Part shown: positions 27,886 through 38,400 of the stretch, one piece after another | Position numbering within the stretch: the first letter of the stretch is position 1 | Layout: each line of letters starts with the position of its first letter | NCBI GenBank assembly: GCA_040755995.1 | Contig: JBFMAF010000005.1 | Span: forward strand, 1 to 54,733 | Direction: 5' to 3' | Origin: Acidobacteriota bacterium | Lineage (GTDB): Bacteria; Acidobacteriota; CAIWXX01 | Length of the DNA: 54,733 nucleotides | The notes under the pieces: generated by a model | The model's input: the letters and a program-made list of their open reading frames with translations, nothing else | Told to the model about the DNA's origin: nothing | The model's database searches: none | Position numbers and translations under genes: made by a program

Positions 27886-30507
27886 ATGGGGGTGCCTATT
27901 GAGCCGCGGATACCGGTAGAGTCCGGAACCCCACCCAAGCGCCGGCAGCGGGTGACCAGCCCGCGAGTGCTTTGGGTGGATCGGACGATGAGTGCCGCAA
28001 TTGAGCTCGGTGGGGTGGCCGTAATTGCGGCCGTGATGGGCATAATGGTCTACCTGGTGACCGTTGTCACGCCCTTGTTCCGTGCGGCCAGGATCACAGG
28101 TTCGGTGAGCTACGGCCTTATCACGAAGGAGGAGGTCCAGCGACTGCTGTTTGCGGAGGTGGACGAGTACCAGAGCCTGGGGGTCTATGTGCTGAGGTCT
28201 GGAGACGCTGTCTTCTTCGGCGCCGGCAGCGGCCACGTTCTGGACCGGCGCCGTCTCGTCCCTGACAGCGAATCGATCACCGCGTTCAGCCGCTCCGGCG
28301 CACAACAACTGGCAATCGGTCTCACCGACGGAACCGTCCGAGTCGGCAGGCTAGGGTTCGACACGTCGTTCGTGCCCGAGGCGGAGGCCCCGCGCGCGGC
28401 CGTCTCGCTTCGTCCTGGAGAACGGCTCGAGGCTCCACCCGGCGTCATCGAGCGGACATCCACGGGGGAACTGCGCCGTGTCTGGCCGAAGGTCGAGATC
28501 GAACCCCCGGTGGAGGCCGCCCCTCCGGGCGCGCCCGCCGAGCTGCTCGACTACCGTGCCGGCGACGACGAAGAACGGCTGGCGGTATTCAGGCAGGACG
28601 GTGACATTCATGTCGACGCCATCTCACGGCGGGAGAACATGCTCACCGGGGAGGCGGCTACTGAGGTTGTATCGACATCCATCCCTTTCCCCGAAGCCCT
28701 GAAACCGCTTGGCCGCCCGTCGTTCATGCTCCTGGCTTCCGCCGGCGACCAGCTGTATTTGGCATGGAAGGATGGGGTGGTCGCACGTTTCGCGTTGCAG
28801 GGCACATCCGGCCCGCAGCTCGCAGAGCGTGCCGATCTGACGCCAGCGGCGACGCTGAACGACTTCATTTTCAGCAACGGCGAACAGTCGCTCCTCGCAT
28901 CCGATTCCGAAGGGCGGGCGAACGCGTGGTTCCGCCTGCCGGCCGGTGCCGGCGCGCAGACGGCTGACGGGTTCGCGCTGGTTCTCGCGCACCGCCTGCC
29001 CAAGCTTGCGGCGGCAATCACCGCTCTCGGCATCTCTGGCCGCGACAAGACGATCATCGCCGGCGCGGCAGACGGCGAAGTGGTGCTCTACTACCTGACC
29101 TCCGAGAGGCTCCTGGCACGACTGAACTGGGCCCCCGCGGCCACCGTGCAGATCACGCCGAAGGGGGACGGCATCTTCGCGGTCGACCACGACGGGCGGG
29201 CGCTGCTGGCGGGTCTCTCCAACCCGCATCCGCAGACCACTCTCGGGAGCATCTTCCGCAAAGTCTGGTATGAAGGCTATCCGGCGCCCGCCTATACCTG
29301 GCAGTCGTCCAGCGCCACGGATGACTTCGAGCCCAAGCTCAGCCTGATCCCGCTGATCTTCGGAACTCTGAAGGCGACTCTTCACTCGATGCTCTTCGCT
29401 GTTCCGATTGCGCTTCTCGCGGCCATCTATACATCCGAGTTCCTCGATCGGCGCTACCGCGCGCCGTTGAAATCGGCGATCGAGATGATGGCGTCCCTGC
29501 CGAGCGTCGTGCTGGGGTTCATGGCTGCGCTGGTACTGGCGCCGGTGGTCGAGAAATCGGTACTGGCCGTCCTGGTCGTATTCGCCGTGCTGCCGACCGC
29601 AGTGCTCGCATTCGGCTACGCCTGGCAGCTCCTTCCGCAGCGCGCGGCGCTGATCATGAGCGGCAGGCCGCAGATGGGAATACTATTGCTGCTGGTCCTC
29701 TGCATCGCTATCGCCGCCCCGCGCCTTGGAGGCCCGATCGAGCATCTGATGTTCGCGGGCGATTTCAAGGCATGGCTCGATGGGCGGATCGGTGACGCGA
29801 CACCCGGCATCACCGTGCTGGCGTGGCCTCTCGCCGCCGGCGCTCTGTTGTTGCTGGATCGCAGGCTCATCTCCGGCGCCCTGCAGCGCCGCCTGGGCTC
29901 CGCGTCGAGATCCACCGTTGCCGCCGTCGATCTTCTGAAATACGCCGTGTTGATCGTCTTCTCCGTCGCACTGGCATGGGCCATCGGCGCCGCACTCGGC
30001 CGGCTTGGCATCGACCCGCGCCCACACGTCTTCGGCACGTACGTGCAGCGGAATGCGCTGGTGACCGGCTTCGTCATGGGATTCGCCGTGATACCCATCA
30101 TCTACACCATCGCCGAGGACTCCCTATCCGCCGTGCCGGAATCGCTGCGCTCGGCGTCCCTGGGATGCGGTGCCACGCAGTGGCAGACCGCGACACGCGT
30201 CGTGCTGCCGGTCGCCATCCCGGGTATCTTCTCGGCCCTCATGGTTGGCCTGGGGAGAGCCGTCGGCGAGACAATGATCGTGCTCATGGCCGCGGGCAAC
30301 ACTGCAGTCCTGGACCTGAACATCTTCAGCGGCCTGCGCACGCTGTCCGCCAACATCGCCGTGGAGCTGCCCGAGGCCGTGAAGGACGGCACGCTGTACC
30401 GCATGCTGTTCCTGTCGGCGTTGACGCTCTTCGCACTCACGTTCGTCGTCAACACGATCGCCGAGATTGTCCGCCAGAGATTCCGCTGGCGCACACACCA
30501 GTTGTAG
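27886..30507 (+). CDS. pstC: phosphate ABC transporter permease PstC, long form with a large beta-rich extracytoplasmic domain
   Basis: LIFGTLKA, IEMMASLPSVVLG, AEDSLSAVP, GLGRAVGETM, RTLSANIA. Confidence 0.92.
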   Translation: MGVPIEPRIPVESGTPPKRRQRVTSPRVLWVDRTMSAAIELGGVAVIAAVMGIMVYLVTVVTPLFRAARITGSVSYGLITKEEVQRLLFAEVDEYQSLGVYVLRSGDAVFFGAGSGHVLDRRRLVPDSESITAFSRSGAQQLAIGLTDGTVRVGRLGFDTSFVPEAEAPRAAVSLRPGERLEAPPGVIERTSTGELRRVWPKVEIEPPVEAAPPGAPAELLDYRAGDDEERLAVFRQDGDIHVDAISRRENMLTGEAATEVVSTSIPFPEALKPLGRPSFMLLASAGDQLYLAWKDGVVARFALQGTSGPQLAERADLTPAATLNDFIFSNGEQSLLASDSEGRANAWFRLPAGAGAQTADGFALVLAHRLPKLAAAITALGISGRDKTIIAGAADGEVVLYYLTSERLLARLNWAPAATVQITPKGDGIFAVDHDGRALLAGLSNPHPQTTLGSIFRKVWYEGYPAPAYTWQSSSATDDFEPKLSLIPLIFGTLKATLHSMLFAVPIALLAAIYTSEFLDRRYRAPLKSAIEMMASLPSVVLGFMAALVLAPVVEKSVLAVLVVFAVLPTAVLAFGYAWQLLPQRAALIMSGRPQMGILLLLVLCIAIAAPRLGGPIEHLMFAGDFKAWLDGRIGDATPGITVLAWPLAAGALLLLDRRLISGALQRRLGSASRSTVAAVDLLKYAVLIVFSVALAWAIGAALGRLGIDPRPHVFGTYVQRNALVTGFVMGFAVIPIIYTIAEDSLSAVPESLRSASLGCGATQWQTATRVVLPVAIPGIFSALMVGLGRAVGETMIVLMAAGNTAVLDLNIFSGLRTLSANIAVELPEAVKDGTLYRMLFLSALTLFALTFVVNTIAEIVRQRFRWRTHQL

Positions 30508-30519
30508 CTGTGGGGCGAG

Positions 30520-32343
30520 ATGGTGAAGGTTGAGGCACGACTCGTACTGAGAGCCCCCGAGTCAGAAGCGGAGGCAGTGGTGCTGGCGCCGCATTCGGTC
30601 GACGCGACATCGGTGTCGGCGAGCCGGCAGAAACGGCCGCGCAACGCGAATCTGGCGGCACGCGGCGACCCCTACGTCTGGCTCACCGGCTGCGGGCTTG
30701 CCGTCGCAGCACTGATGATCGCAGGTCTCCTGCTCCTGGTCTTCTACAACGGCGTTTCCACGTTCTGGCCGAAGCGGATCGTCGAGCTCACGCTGACGGA
30801 TGGATCGAAGGTGCTGGGGGAACTCTCACGCTGGGAGCGATACAAGGTGACTCCGGAGGAGCTGAATGGGCTCGGAGCGGCTGCGCAGAAGCGGATTGCT
30901 GCAGCCGGGGGCTGGAGCCGGCGATACCTCGTGCGAACCGGCAACTTCGACCTCTACGGCGACGACTTCAAGTGGGTTGAGGAATGGAAGGTGGCCAGGC
31001 AGACCTACCCCGGGGACGCGTGGATGGTCGAAAGGACCGAGTGGGGGCCGGCCATCGGCTACCTGCGCTCGCCGGCCAGGGATGGCGTCGCGATGGCCCG
31101 TGGAGCCGAAGACGTCGGGCGGGTGTTCAGCGAGGCTCACAGGCTGGCCGCAGGATATTACATGCGCATCCGCGAGCTGCAACAGAGCGACATGGGAGAG
31201 GTCAACTACCGGATGGAGAGTGCGCGGCTCCGGGTGCGAAAGGCGGCGAGGGAACACGGTGAGGGCTCCGCCGAGCATCGTGCAGCGGCCGCGCGAGCGG
31301 CCGCAGAGGAGCTGCAGCTGGAGGCGGAGTACAGGAGGCTGGACGCCGAGATCCAGCGGCTGCGCGCCGAGGACGAGCGCCTCCGCGCGCCGATCTACGA
31401 CGCGACGGGCAGGCTCATCCCCGAGCGTCCCAGCTCACCCGACACCCCAATGCTCGTCTCGCAGATAATACGTGCCTATCCGGCAAATCAGTCGTCGTTG
31501 TTCCAGCGGATTCGCACATACGTTGCGCGGTGGGCTGAGTTTCTCGCGGCGGAGCCGCGGGAGGCCAACACTGAGGGCGGTGTGATGCCGGCGATCTTCG
31601 GCACGGTCCTGATGACGTTGATCATGTCTGTGGTCGTCGCGCCGTTCGGTGTCATAGCGGCGCTCTATCTGCGCGAGTATGCGAGGCAGGGCCCGCTGGT
31701 ATCCGCCGTGCGCATCGCCGTGAACAACCTGGCCGGAGTCCCGTCCATCGTCTTCGGCGTGTTCGGGCTCGGCTTCTTCTGCTACCTGGTAGGCGCGCGC
31801 ATCGACTCGCTGTTCTATCCGGAGAAGCTGCCCGCCCCGACATACGGGACCGGCGGCATTCTCTGGGCGTCACTCACGCTGGCGCTCCTGACGGTCCCCG
31901 TTGTGATCGTCGCAACCGAAGAGGCGGTCGCGGCGGTGCCGCGGAGCATGCGGGAGGGGTCCTATGCGTGCGGCGCCAGCAAGTGGCAGACGATCTGGCG
32001 GATCGTTCTCCCGCGGGCCACTCCGGGCATCATGACGGGGCTCATTCTGGCGATGGCGCGGGGAGCCGGCGAGGTGGCTCCGCTCATGCTCACGGGTGTG
32101 GTGAAACTGGCGCCGCAGCTGCCGTTCGATTCGCACTTTCCGTTCTTCCATCTGGAGCGCAGCTTTATGCATCTGGGCTTCCACATTTACGATGTCGGCT
32201 TCCAGAGCCGCAACTCGGAGGCCGGGAAGGCGATGGTGTTCACGACTACGCTGCTGCTCATCGCTCTCATCGCCGTTCTGAACTTCGCCGCCATCCGGTT
32301 GCGGGCGAGGTTGAAGCGGAAATACAGGCCGGCACATTTCTAA
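30520..32343 (+). CDS. pstA: phosphate ABC transporter permease PstA, long form with coiled-coil insertion
   Basis: EGGVMPAIFGT, YLREYA, NLAGVPSIVFGVFG, ARGAGEVAPL. Confidence 0.93.
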   Translation: MVKVEARLVLRAPESEAEAVVLAPHSVDATSVSASRQKRPRNANLAARGDPYVWLTGCGLAVAALMIAGLLLLVFYNGVSTFWPKRIVELTLTDGSKVLGELSRWERYKVTPEELNGLGAAAQKRIAAAGGWSRRYLVRTGNFDLYGDDFKWVEEWKVARQTYPGDAWMVERTEWGPAIGYLRSPARDGVAMARGAEDVGRVFSEAHRLAAGYYMRIRELQQSDMGEVNYRMESARLRVRKAAREHGEGSAEHRAAAARAAAEELQLEAEYRRLDAEIQRLRAEDERLRAPIYDATGRLIPERPSSPDTPMLVSQIIRAYPANQSSLFQRIRTYVARWAEFLAAEPREANTEGGVMPAIFGTVLMTLIMSVVVAPFGVIAALYLREYARQGPLVSAVRIAVNNLAGVPSIVFGVFGLGFFCYLVGARIDSLFYPEKLPAPTYGTGGILWASLTLALLTVPVVIVATEEAVAAVPRSMREGSYACGASKWQTIWRIVLPRATPGIMTGLILAMARGAGEVAPLMLTGVVKLAPQLPFDSHFPFFHLERSFMHLGFHIYDVGFQSRNSEAGKAMVFTTTLLLIALIAVLNFAAIRLRARLKRKYRPAHF

Positions 32344-32397
32344 GGGATCGGGGATGCAATCAACATCACCGGGTGGGCCGACGGCAGGCGTGGCACG

Positions 32398-33276
32398 ATG
32401 AATAGCGCCTATGTGGTAGACGACCTGAGGTCGCGGCGGCCCGAGCCGGTCACCTCGCCTGGAATTCGGGACGAGTTGATCGATGTGGGCAAGGCGCATG
32501 TCGACCCTTCCGTGCTGGCTGAGAAGCCGGTCCTCGAGATCGATCAGTTCAACCTCTGGTATGGTCCGGTGCAGGCGCTGTTCGAGATTACGATGCCGAT
32601 TCCGTACGGCAAGGTGACGGCACTGATCGGGCCGTCGGGCTGCGGCAAGTCGACCCTCATTCGCTCGGTCAACCGCCTGAACGACCTGATCGACGGCGTA
32701 AGCATCCGGGGGGACATGCGTCTCAACGGCGATTCGATCTACGCGCGCGGGGTGGATGTGATCGAGCTTCGCAAGCGGATGGGCATGGTGTTTCAGAAGT
32801 CCAATCCGTTTCCGATGTCGATCTATGAGAACGTAGTCTATCCGCGGCGCATCGACGGGGAGAATCGCAGAAGCGTGCTGGATGAGACGATGGAGCGCTG
32901 CCTGCGATCTTCGGCGCTGTGGGACGAGGTGAAGGACCGGTTGAAGGAGAGCGCGTTGGAGCTTTCGGGCGGCCAGCAGCAGCGCCTCTGCATAGCGCGG
33001 GCCATCGCGGCCCAGCCCGAGGTCCTCCTCATGGACGAGCCCTGTTCGGCGCTAGACCCGATCGCCACGGCCAAGGTCGAGGAATTGATTTTCTCGCTGC
33101 GTGGCGAGTATACGGTGCTGATCGTGACGCACAATATGCAGCAGGCGGCGCGAGTCTCGGACTACACCGCCTTCATGTATCTCGGCCGCTTGCTCGAGTA
33201 CGGCCCCACGCGCGGGCTCTTCGTCAAACCGGCCCGGAAGCAGACAGAGGATTATGTTACGGGGCGATTCGGATGA
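32398..33276 (+). CDS. pstB: phosphate ABC transporter ATP-binding protein
   Basis: [57 protein letters not shown]. Confidence 0.97.
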   Translation: MNSAYVVDDLRSRRPEPVTSPGIRDELIDVGKAHVDPSVLAEKPVLEIDQFNLWYGPVQALFEITMPIPYGKVTALIGPSGCGKSTLIRSVNRLNDLIDGVSIRGDMRLNGDSIYARGVDVIELRKRMGMVFQKSNPFPMSIYENVVYPRRIDGENRRSVLDETMERCLRSSALWDEVKDRLKESALELSGGQQQRLCIARAIAAQPEVLLMDEPCSALDPIATAKVEELIFSLRGEYTVLIVTHNMQQAARVSDYTAFMYLGRLLEYGPTRGLFVKPARKQTEDYVTGRFG

Positions 33277-33351
33277 TGCACGAGACGATAGCGGATTTCG
33301 CGCTCCGAATCGCGGCTTTCCCGCCTGGCAACAGATGACAAGGTGGCAACG

Positions 33352-34038
33352 ATGGAAACCCATTTTCACGAACAGCTCAATGCGCTTCGCGAGAGGCTGC
33401 TGTGGATGGCCAGCCTCGCGGAACGGATGATCAAGGACAGTGTGCAGGCGCTCGTCCTCAGGAATGACAACCTCAGGGGCAAGGTGTTCGAGCTCGAGAG
33501 CGAGGTGAATCTTCTGCACGTGGAGATAGACGACCGGTGCTGCAACCTGCTGGCACTGCATCAGCCCGTGGCGAGCGATCTGCGGACGATCATCGCCGCC
33601 CTGAAGATATGCAGCGATCTGGAACGGATCGGAGACCAGGCGGTCAACATCGCGGAGCAGGCACAGGTGTTGATCCATGCCGAACCGGTGAAGCCGCTGA
33701 TCGACATCCCGCGCATGAGCGAGATCACGCAGAGGATGGTCAAGGACGCCATCGACTCATTTGTGAACGGCGACGCCGATACGGCGCAGCGGATTCTGCT
33801 GACCGACGACCAGGTGGATGAGCTGAAGGAGCAGATCTTCCGCGAGCTGCTCACCTACATAATGCAGGACCCCGCCACCACACCTCGTGCCCTTGCGCTG
33901 CTTCTGATCTCGCGGAGCCTCGAACGGGTCGCGGACCACGCCACCAACATCGCCGAAGACGTGATCTTCATGATCAAGGCCAAGGACATCCGCCATCACG
34001 CCGGCGGGGGAGCTGCGCCAGGGTCGACTCGGGTCTGA
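33352..34038 (+). CDS. phoU: phosphate signalling complex protein PhoU
   Basis: LHQPVASDLR, DLERIGDQAVNIA, LERVADHATNIAE. Confidence 0.97.
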   Translation: METHFHEQLNALRERLLWMASLAERMIKDSVQALVLRNDNLRGKVFELESEVNLLHVEIDDRCCNLLALHQPVASDLRTIIAALKICSDLERIGDQAVNIAEQAQVLIHAEPVKPLIDIPRMSEITQRMVKDAIDSFVNGDADTAQRILLTDDQVDELKEQIFRELLTYIMQDPATTPRALALLLISRSLERVADHATNIAEDVIFMIKAKDIRHHAGGGAAPGSTRV

Positions 34039-34088
34039 GCCGTGCGCAATGCCGTCGCCGAACCGCTCGGCCTTGACTCGATCGCAAT

Positions 34089-35267
34089 CTACCTCCCCGC
34101 AGTCAGCACCAGGAACTCAACTGTGCGAACCCCCTCCTCGATCCGAATCCCGTACTTGCTTTCGAGCGACATTCGGGCTTCGCCGTAGTCGGTAGGAATG
34201 TCGAAATCGTAGGCACCAGTGAGATGCGTCTCGTCCACAGTTAGCACGCCGAAGTGGTTTCCCAAGAACCCTGCAAGGTCGCTCGTGGAGGCCGCGGCGG
34301 CGTTCCAGATGCCTCCGGTCATGGCGATTCTCATGGTGCCTGAGTGCGGAAGCAGCCTTCTCGTGTTCGTGCTCTTCATGACCCGGCAGGCAGTCCGCTC
34401 CGACACGCGACTCACGGTGAAACCGAAGCTGTCGCAGAGGTTCTGCGCAGTCTGCCTCTGCACTTCGGCCAGGCCCATCGACGACGGGGCGAAGCAGACT
34501 ACGTCCTGAGGCAGGGTCTGACTCGAGCCGCGCACGCGCACCTGTGTTGCGGGATAGTGCAAGAGCCACCCGATGATATGCGCCGCCGGCTGGCCGGTGA
34601 TGCGGATCTCGATTTGCCCCGACGCATCAGTCACGGATCGGGATTGGCCGGTGCCAGGCGCACTCTTCTTCACGACGAGCGAGATGTTCGTGGATGGCGA
34701 TGAGGCTGGCGGGGGCGGATTCGGCGGCGGTGGAGGCGGCGGCGGTGCGGGCACCGCTTCGGCGACAGGCCCCGGCTCGCTGCCCAGGAGGTTCGAGAGC
34801 GCCGAGCCCTGAAGAGCGCCCGGGTGACCTCGCCACTTCACGACACCAGTCCCGTCGATGATGTACATGTAGGGAATCGATCGAATTCCGTAACTCTTGT
34901 ACGTCTGGTGGTCTGAGTCGAGCACGATCCGCGCCTTCATCGGGAACTTCTGCATGAAGCTCATCACCCGCTCTCGTTCTTCGTCAGAGATCGAGATGAA
35001 GACTACATCGTTGCTGGCGTACCTCGTAACGAGGTCGTTCATGTGCGGGATCATGGCGCGGCACGGACCGCACCAGGTCGCCCAGAATTCGAGCAGAACG
35101 GTCCTTCCGGCGAGCGCGCCGCTGCTCCTCATGTCCCCGCTCAGCCACTCGGCGATTTCCAGTCGCGGGGCCCTCTCACCGACTGAGGGTCCCTGAGCCT
35201 GGCCAATCGTCGAACCACCCGTGAACAACAGGACCAGTATGCAGACGTGATGCAACATCGATCTCAT
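34089..35267 (-). CDS. TlpA-like thioredoxin fused via a Pro-rich linker to a TIGR03435/DUF3738-like domain
   Basis: Signal peptide, EFWATWCGPC, cis-Pro motif SIP, poly-Pro linker, C-terminal VDETHLTGAYDF...KYGI. Confidence 0.85.
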   Translation of the reverse strand: MRSMLHHVCILVLLFTGGSTIGQAQGPSVGERAPRLEIAEWLSGDMRSSGALAGRTVLLEFWATWCGPCRAMIPHMNDLVTRYASNDVVFISISDEERERVMSFMQKFPMKARIVLDSDHQTYKSYGIRSIPYMYIIDGTGVVKWRGHPGALQGSALSNLLGSEPGPVAEAVPAPPPPPPPPNPPPPASSPSTNISLVVKKSAPGTGQSRSVTDASGQIEIRITGQPAAHIIGWLLHYPATQVRVRGSSQTLPQDVVCFAPSSMGLAEVQRQTAQNLCDSFGFTVSRVSERTACRVMKSTNTRRLLPHSGTMRIAMTGGIWNAAAASTSDLAGFLGNHFGVLTVDETHLTGAYDFDIPTDYGEARMSLESKYGIRIEEGVRTVEFLVLTAGR

Positions 35268-35494
35268 ATCGCTTCTCCTACCTGGCGACCTCGATGTCAT
35301 GGGTACAGGGTAATCTCACAAGCGTCGGACTTGCAAGAGTGCGAATGGCCACGTGATCCACGCGATGGCGGCAGGTCCCCCTGTCATTACTCATGCTGAC
35401 AGCCAGGCAGTCATCACCGGGTCTCTGCGCACTATCCTCACGGCGCAGCACAGCAGGCTGGCGTGGCCACGTCGAGCTCACACTTGGTGGATGA

Positions 35495-38400
35495 TCAGGA
35501 CACCTGGCTGCCAACGACACTTCTGAGCCATTCCAGGCTTTGCTGGATTCGCGGAGCATATTGAAGATCCGGACTGGCGCGCAACGCATCCTCCAGGCAT
35601 CTGACGGCCTCGCGGAATTGGCCGGTCTCGATGTAGTTGGCGCCCAGATTGGCCAGCACTTCGGCATTGCCGGGGTCCAGAGCCAGCGCCTTCTTCAGAT
35701 AGACGACCGCCTCCTCCGGCTCCCCAGCCTGCCAATAGCTGACGCCGGCTTGATTGTACCAGCCGGCGGCCTGCGATCCCGTCGAATTGGGCGGCGCACC
35801 GGCGGCAAGCACGTCCAGTCGCTGGGCCTGGATGTTCGCGAGACGATTACCCGGCGAGGCAGCGAGCCCCTGCCGCCAGCGTTCGGCGGCCAGACGGTAC
35901 TCGCCCAGGTACTCGTATATCTGAGCTGCATCACTGTAGGCATGCATGTGCTGTGGGTTCTCGCCCGTCACCTGATCGAATTCCCGCGCGGCCTCTCGCA
36001 GCTGGCTGGCGGCGATTGTGCCACCGAACGGGAAATCGTTCCATGCTTTGAATGCGCGCAAACATCCTTCGGGATGCTGGTCGGACTGCTCCGCCGGCTT
36101 GATCTTCTCCTCCATCCACGCAAGACGCGCCTGGGGGTCGCGTTCCATCGACTCCAGGAAGCGTATCTTGTCGGCCAGATCCTGGCGATCGGGCTGGCGC
36201 TGGAGGACTTCCTTATAGATGTCCACAGCCGGTCTCAGAAAATCACCTGCTTCGAGGAAGCCGGCCAGCGGCAGCAGGAATTTCGGATCTTCGTGGCCGA
36301 GGGCCGCGGCCGACCGATATGCCCTGAAGGCCTGGGGGAGCAAACCGGACTCGCGAAGCGCATCGCCGAGCGCTCGATACACGTCCGGATCGCTTGCCCC
36401 GAACGTGACCCGTCGCAGCAAGCGGATGATGTTCAGGTCGCTTCGCGCGAGTTGCAGGACGCGGCCACTGGGACACTTCTTCCGCAGGGCCAGCAGATTC
36501 GCCGTGGCGGACTCGTACTCGCCGCTGTCTATCTCTACAGTGGTCAGATTCACCCAGGCCTGGACGAAGTCGGGCTTCAGCTGGACGGCCCGACGCAGGT
36601 GGAGCAGGGCACCGGGCAGGTCCCCGTTCTGCCAGAGAAGGAATCCAAGCGTGTTCTGGGCGTTGGCGTCGTCGGGGAACTTGCGAACACGACTTACGAA
36701 GTAGTCCCTGCGGACCCAGTCGTAGCTCAAGACACTCGCGATGTTGGCGTCCTTCGGCATGTTGGCTTCCTCGACGTAGATCTCCGCCAGCTTGAACTGA
36801 TTGTCGCTTTGCAGGAAGTAGCCCAGATTCAGCTTCTCCGAAACGAACTGGTAGTCGGCAAGCCTCCGCAGGACGGCGGTCCGGTCCACGGGCATGTTCT
36901 TCAGATAGGGTGCGATCGTGGTCTGGTTCTTCAATAGGTCGACACTGGCCTGGATGCCCTCGGGATCGAAGATCCTGGCATGGAATTGGGCCAGTGGGAG
37001 ATCGTCGGTGTTCATCCGAACGGTGTCGCGCAGGTAGCGGCGCAATTCGTCCTCGCCCAGCATGAAGAAGCTGAGGAACTTCTCGGTGGTGTCGACGCCG
37101 TACGCATCCAGTTCGGACCGCTTCAGTGTGGCAGGCAGCCGTCGTGAAATTTCCTGGTAGTCGATCTGGAGGCGCTCGGGCGTGCCCAGCATCAGGCACT
37201 GAGAGCACCCGTAGATGCTCCAGAAGCTCGCGTGTGGAAAGACCGACTGAAAGGATTTCAAGATTACCTGCAGCGAGTCGCCCGGCAGGGGTATCGGAAT
37301 CCATTGGCAGAAGACGCCTCCGTCTCTCAGCTTGCTCTTGCAGAGCTCATAAAACTCCCTCGTGTAGAGCGTCCAGGAGTCGAAGGCCACGGGATTGGTC
37401 GCATCGGAAACGATCAGAGAGTATTTCTTGGGGGTGAGCAGCAGGTGATTGCGCCCGTCGTTGAACGTCAATTCCAGCTTCGGATTGTCCAGCACTCTCA
37501 GGTTCTCGACGGCGAAGATCCTGCCCTCTTGTTGAACGTCAGGATTCAGCTCGGCACACTCGAGGCTCGACACCTCGCCCGCGCAAGCTCCCGCCGACAT
37601 ACCGGCTCCGAAGGCTATCATCAGCGCGTCGTCGGGATTCGGGTGCATGATCGCCGGCAGCACGCCCAGCATCTTGAAGAGCTGGACGTGCCAGAGGCGC
37701 GACGACGCCTCTTCAATGCCGTTCAGATACAGATCTTTGTAGCCCTCTTTGTAGAAGTCGTACACGGTCACATTCGCGATCCGACCCTCCTGGTAGCAGA
37801 GAATGTCGGCGTCGGGTTGGCTCTTGGCGTGGATCCGGCGGAAGAGCTCGGGAGGGGTGAAGGCGATGATCGCCGCCGCAAAGAGCCCCAGTGGCGCAAT
37901 CGCAGCCCACCTCGTCCGCCGCGACGGCAAAGACCCGATGACCAGAAGGCCGGCGAGAATGTTGAGGGTGGCCAGGCACACGATGCTCTTCACGATGCCA
38001 AGATGGGGCAGGAGTATGAAACCGGCTGCAAATGAGCCCAAGATCGAACCGACCGTGTTGATCGCATAGACCCGGCCGACACTCTGTCCTTCACGGCTGG
38101 GGCCGCGTTGACAGATCTGGACTGCAAGAGGCAGGGCAATACCCATCAGCGTTGCGGGGGCGACCATGATGAGACCGGCCTTGAGGACAGTGTAGAGCTG
38201 GCCGCTCTGGGCGAAGACCGGCTGATACAGCAAGTCGAAGACGAATGGTGTGGCATAGGAGAGAACGCCGATGCCCGCTTCACATGCGACGAAGAGCACC
38301 GCCGGCCGATCCCAGCTGCTGAGCCAGCGGGCGTAGAGCAGACTGCCGAGCGCGATGCCGGCCAGGAAGGTGGCCAGGATCGTGGTGAATGAGAAGACGG

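Noticed and set aside
35540..36937. 465-aa plus-strand ORF
   Set aside because: Antisense shadow of the TPR region of the 1236-aa gene.
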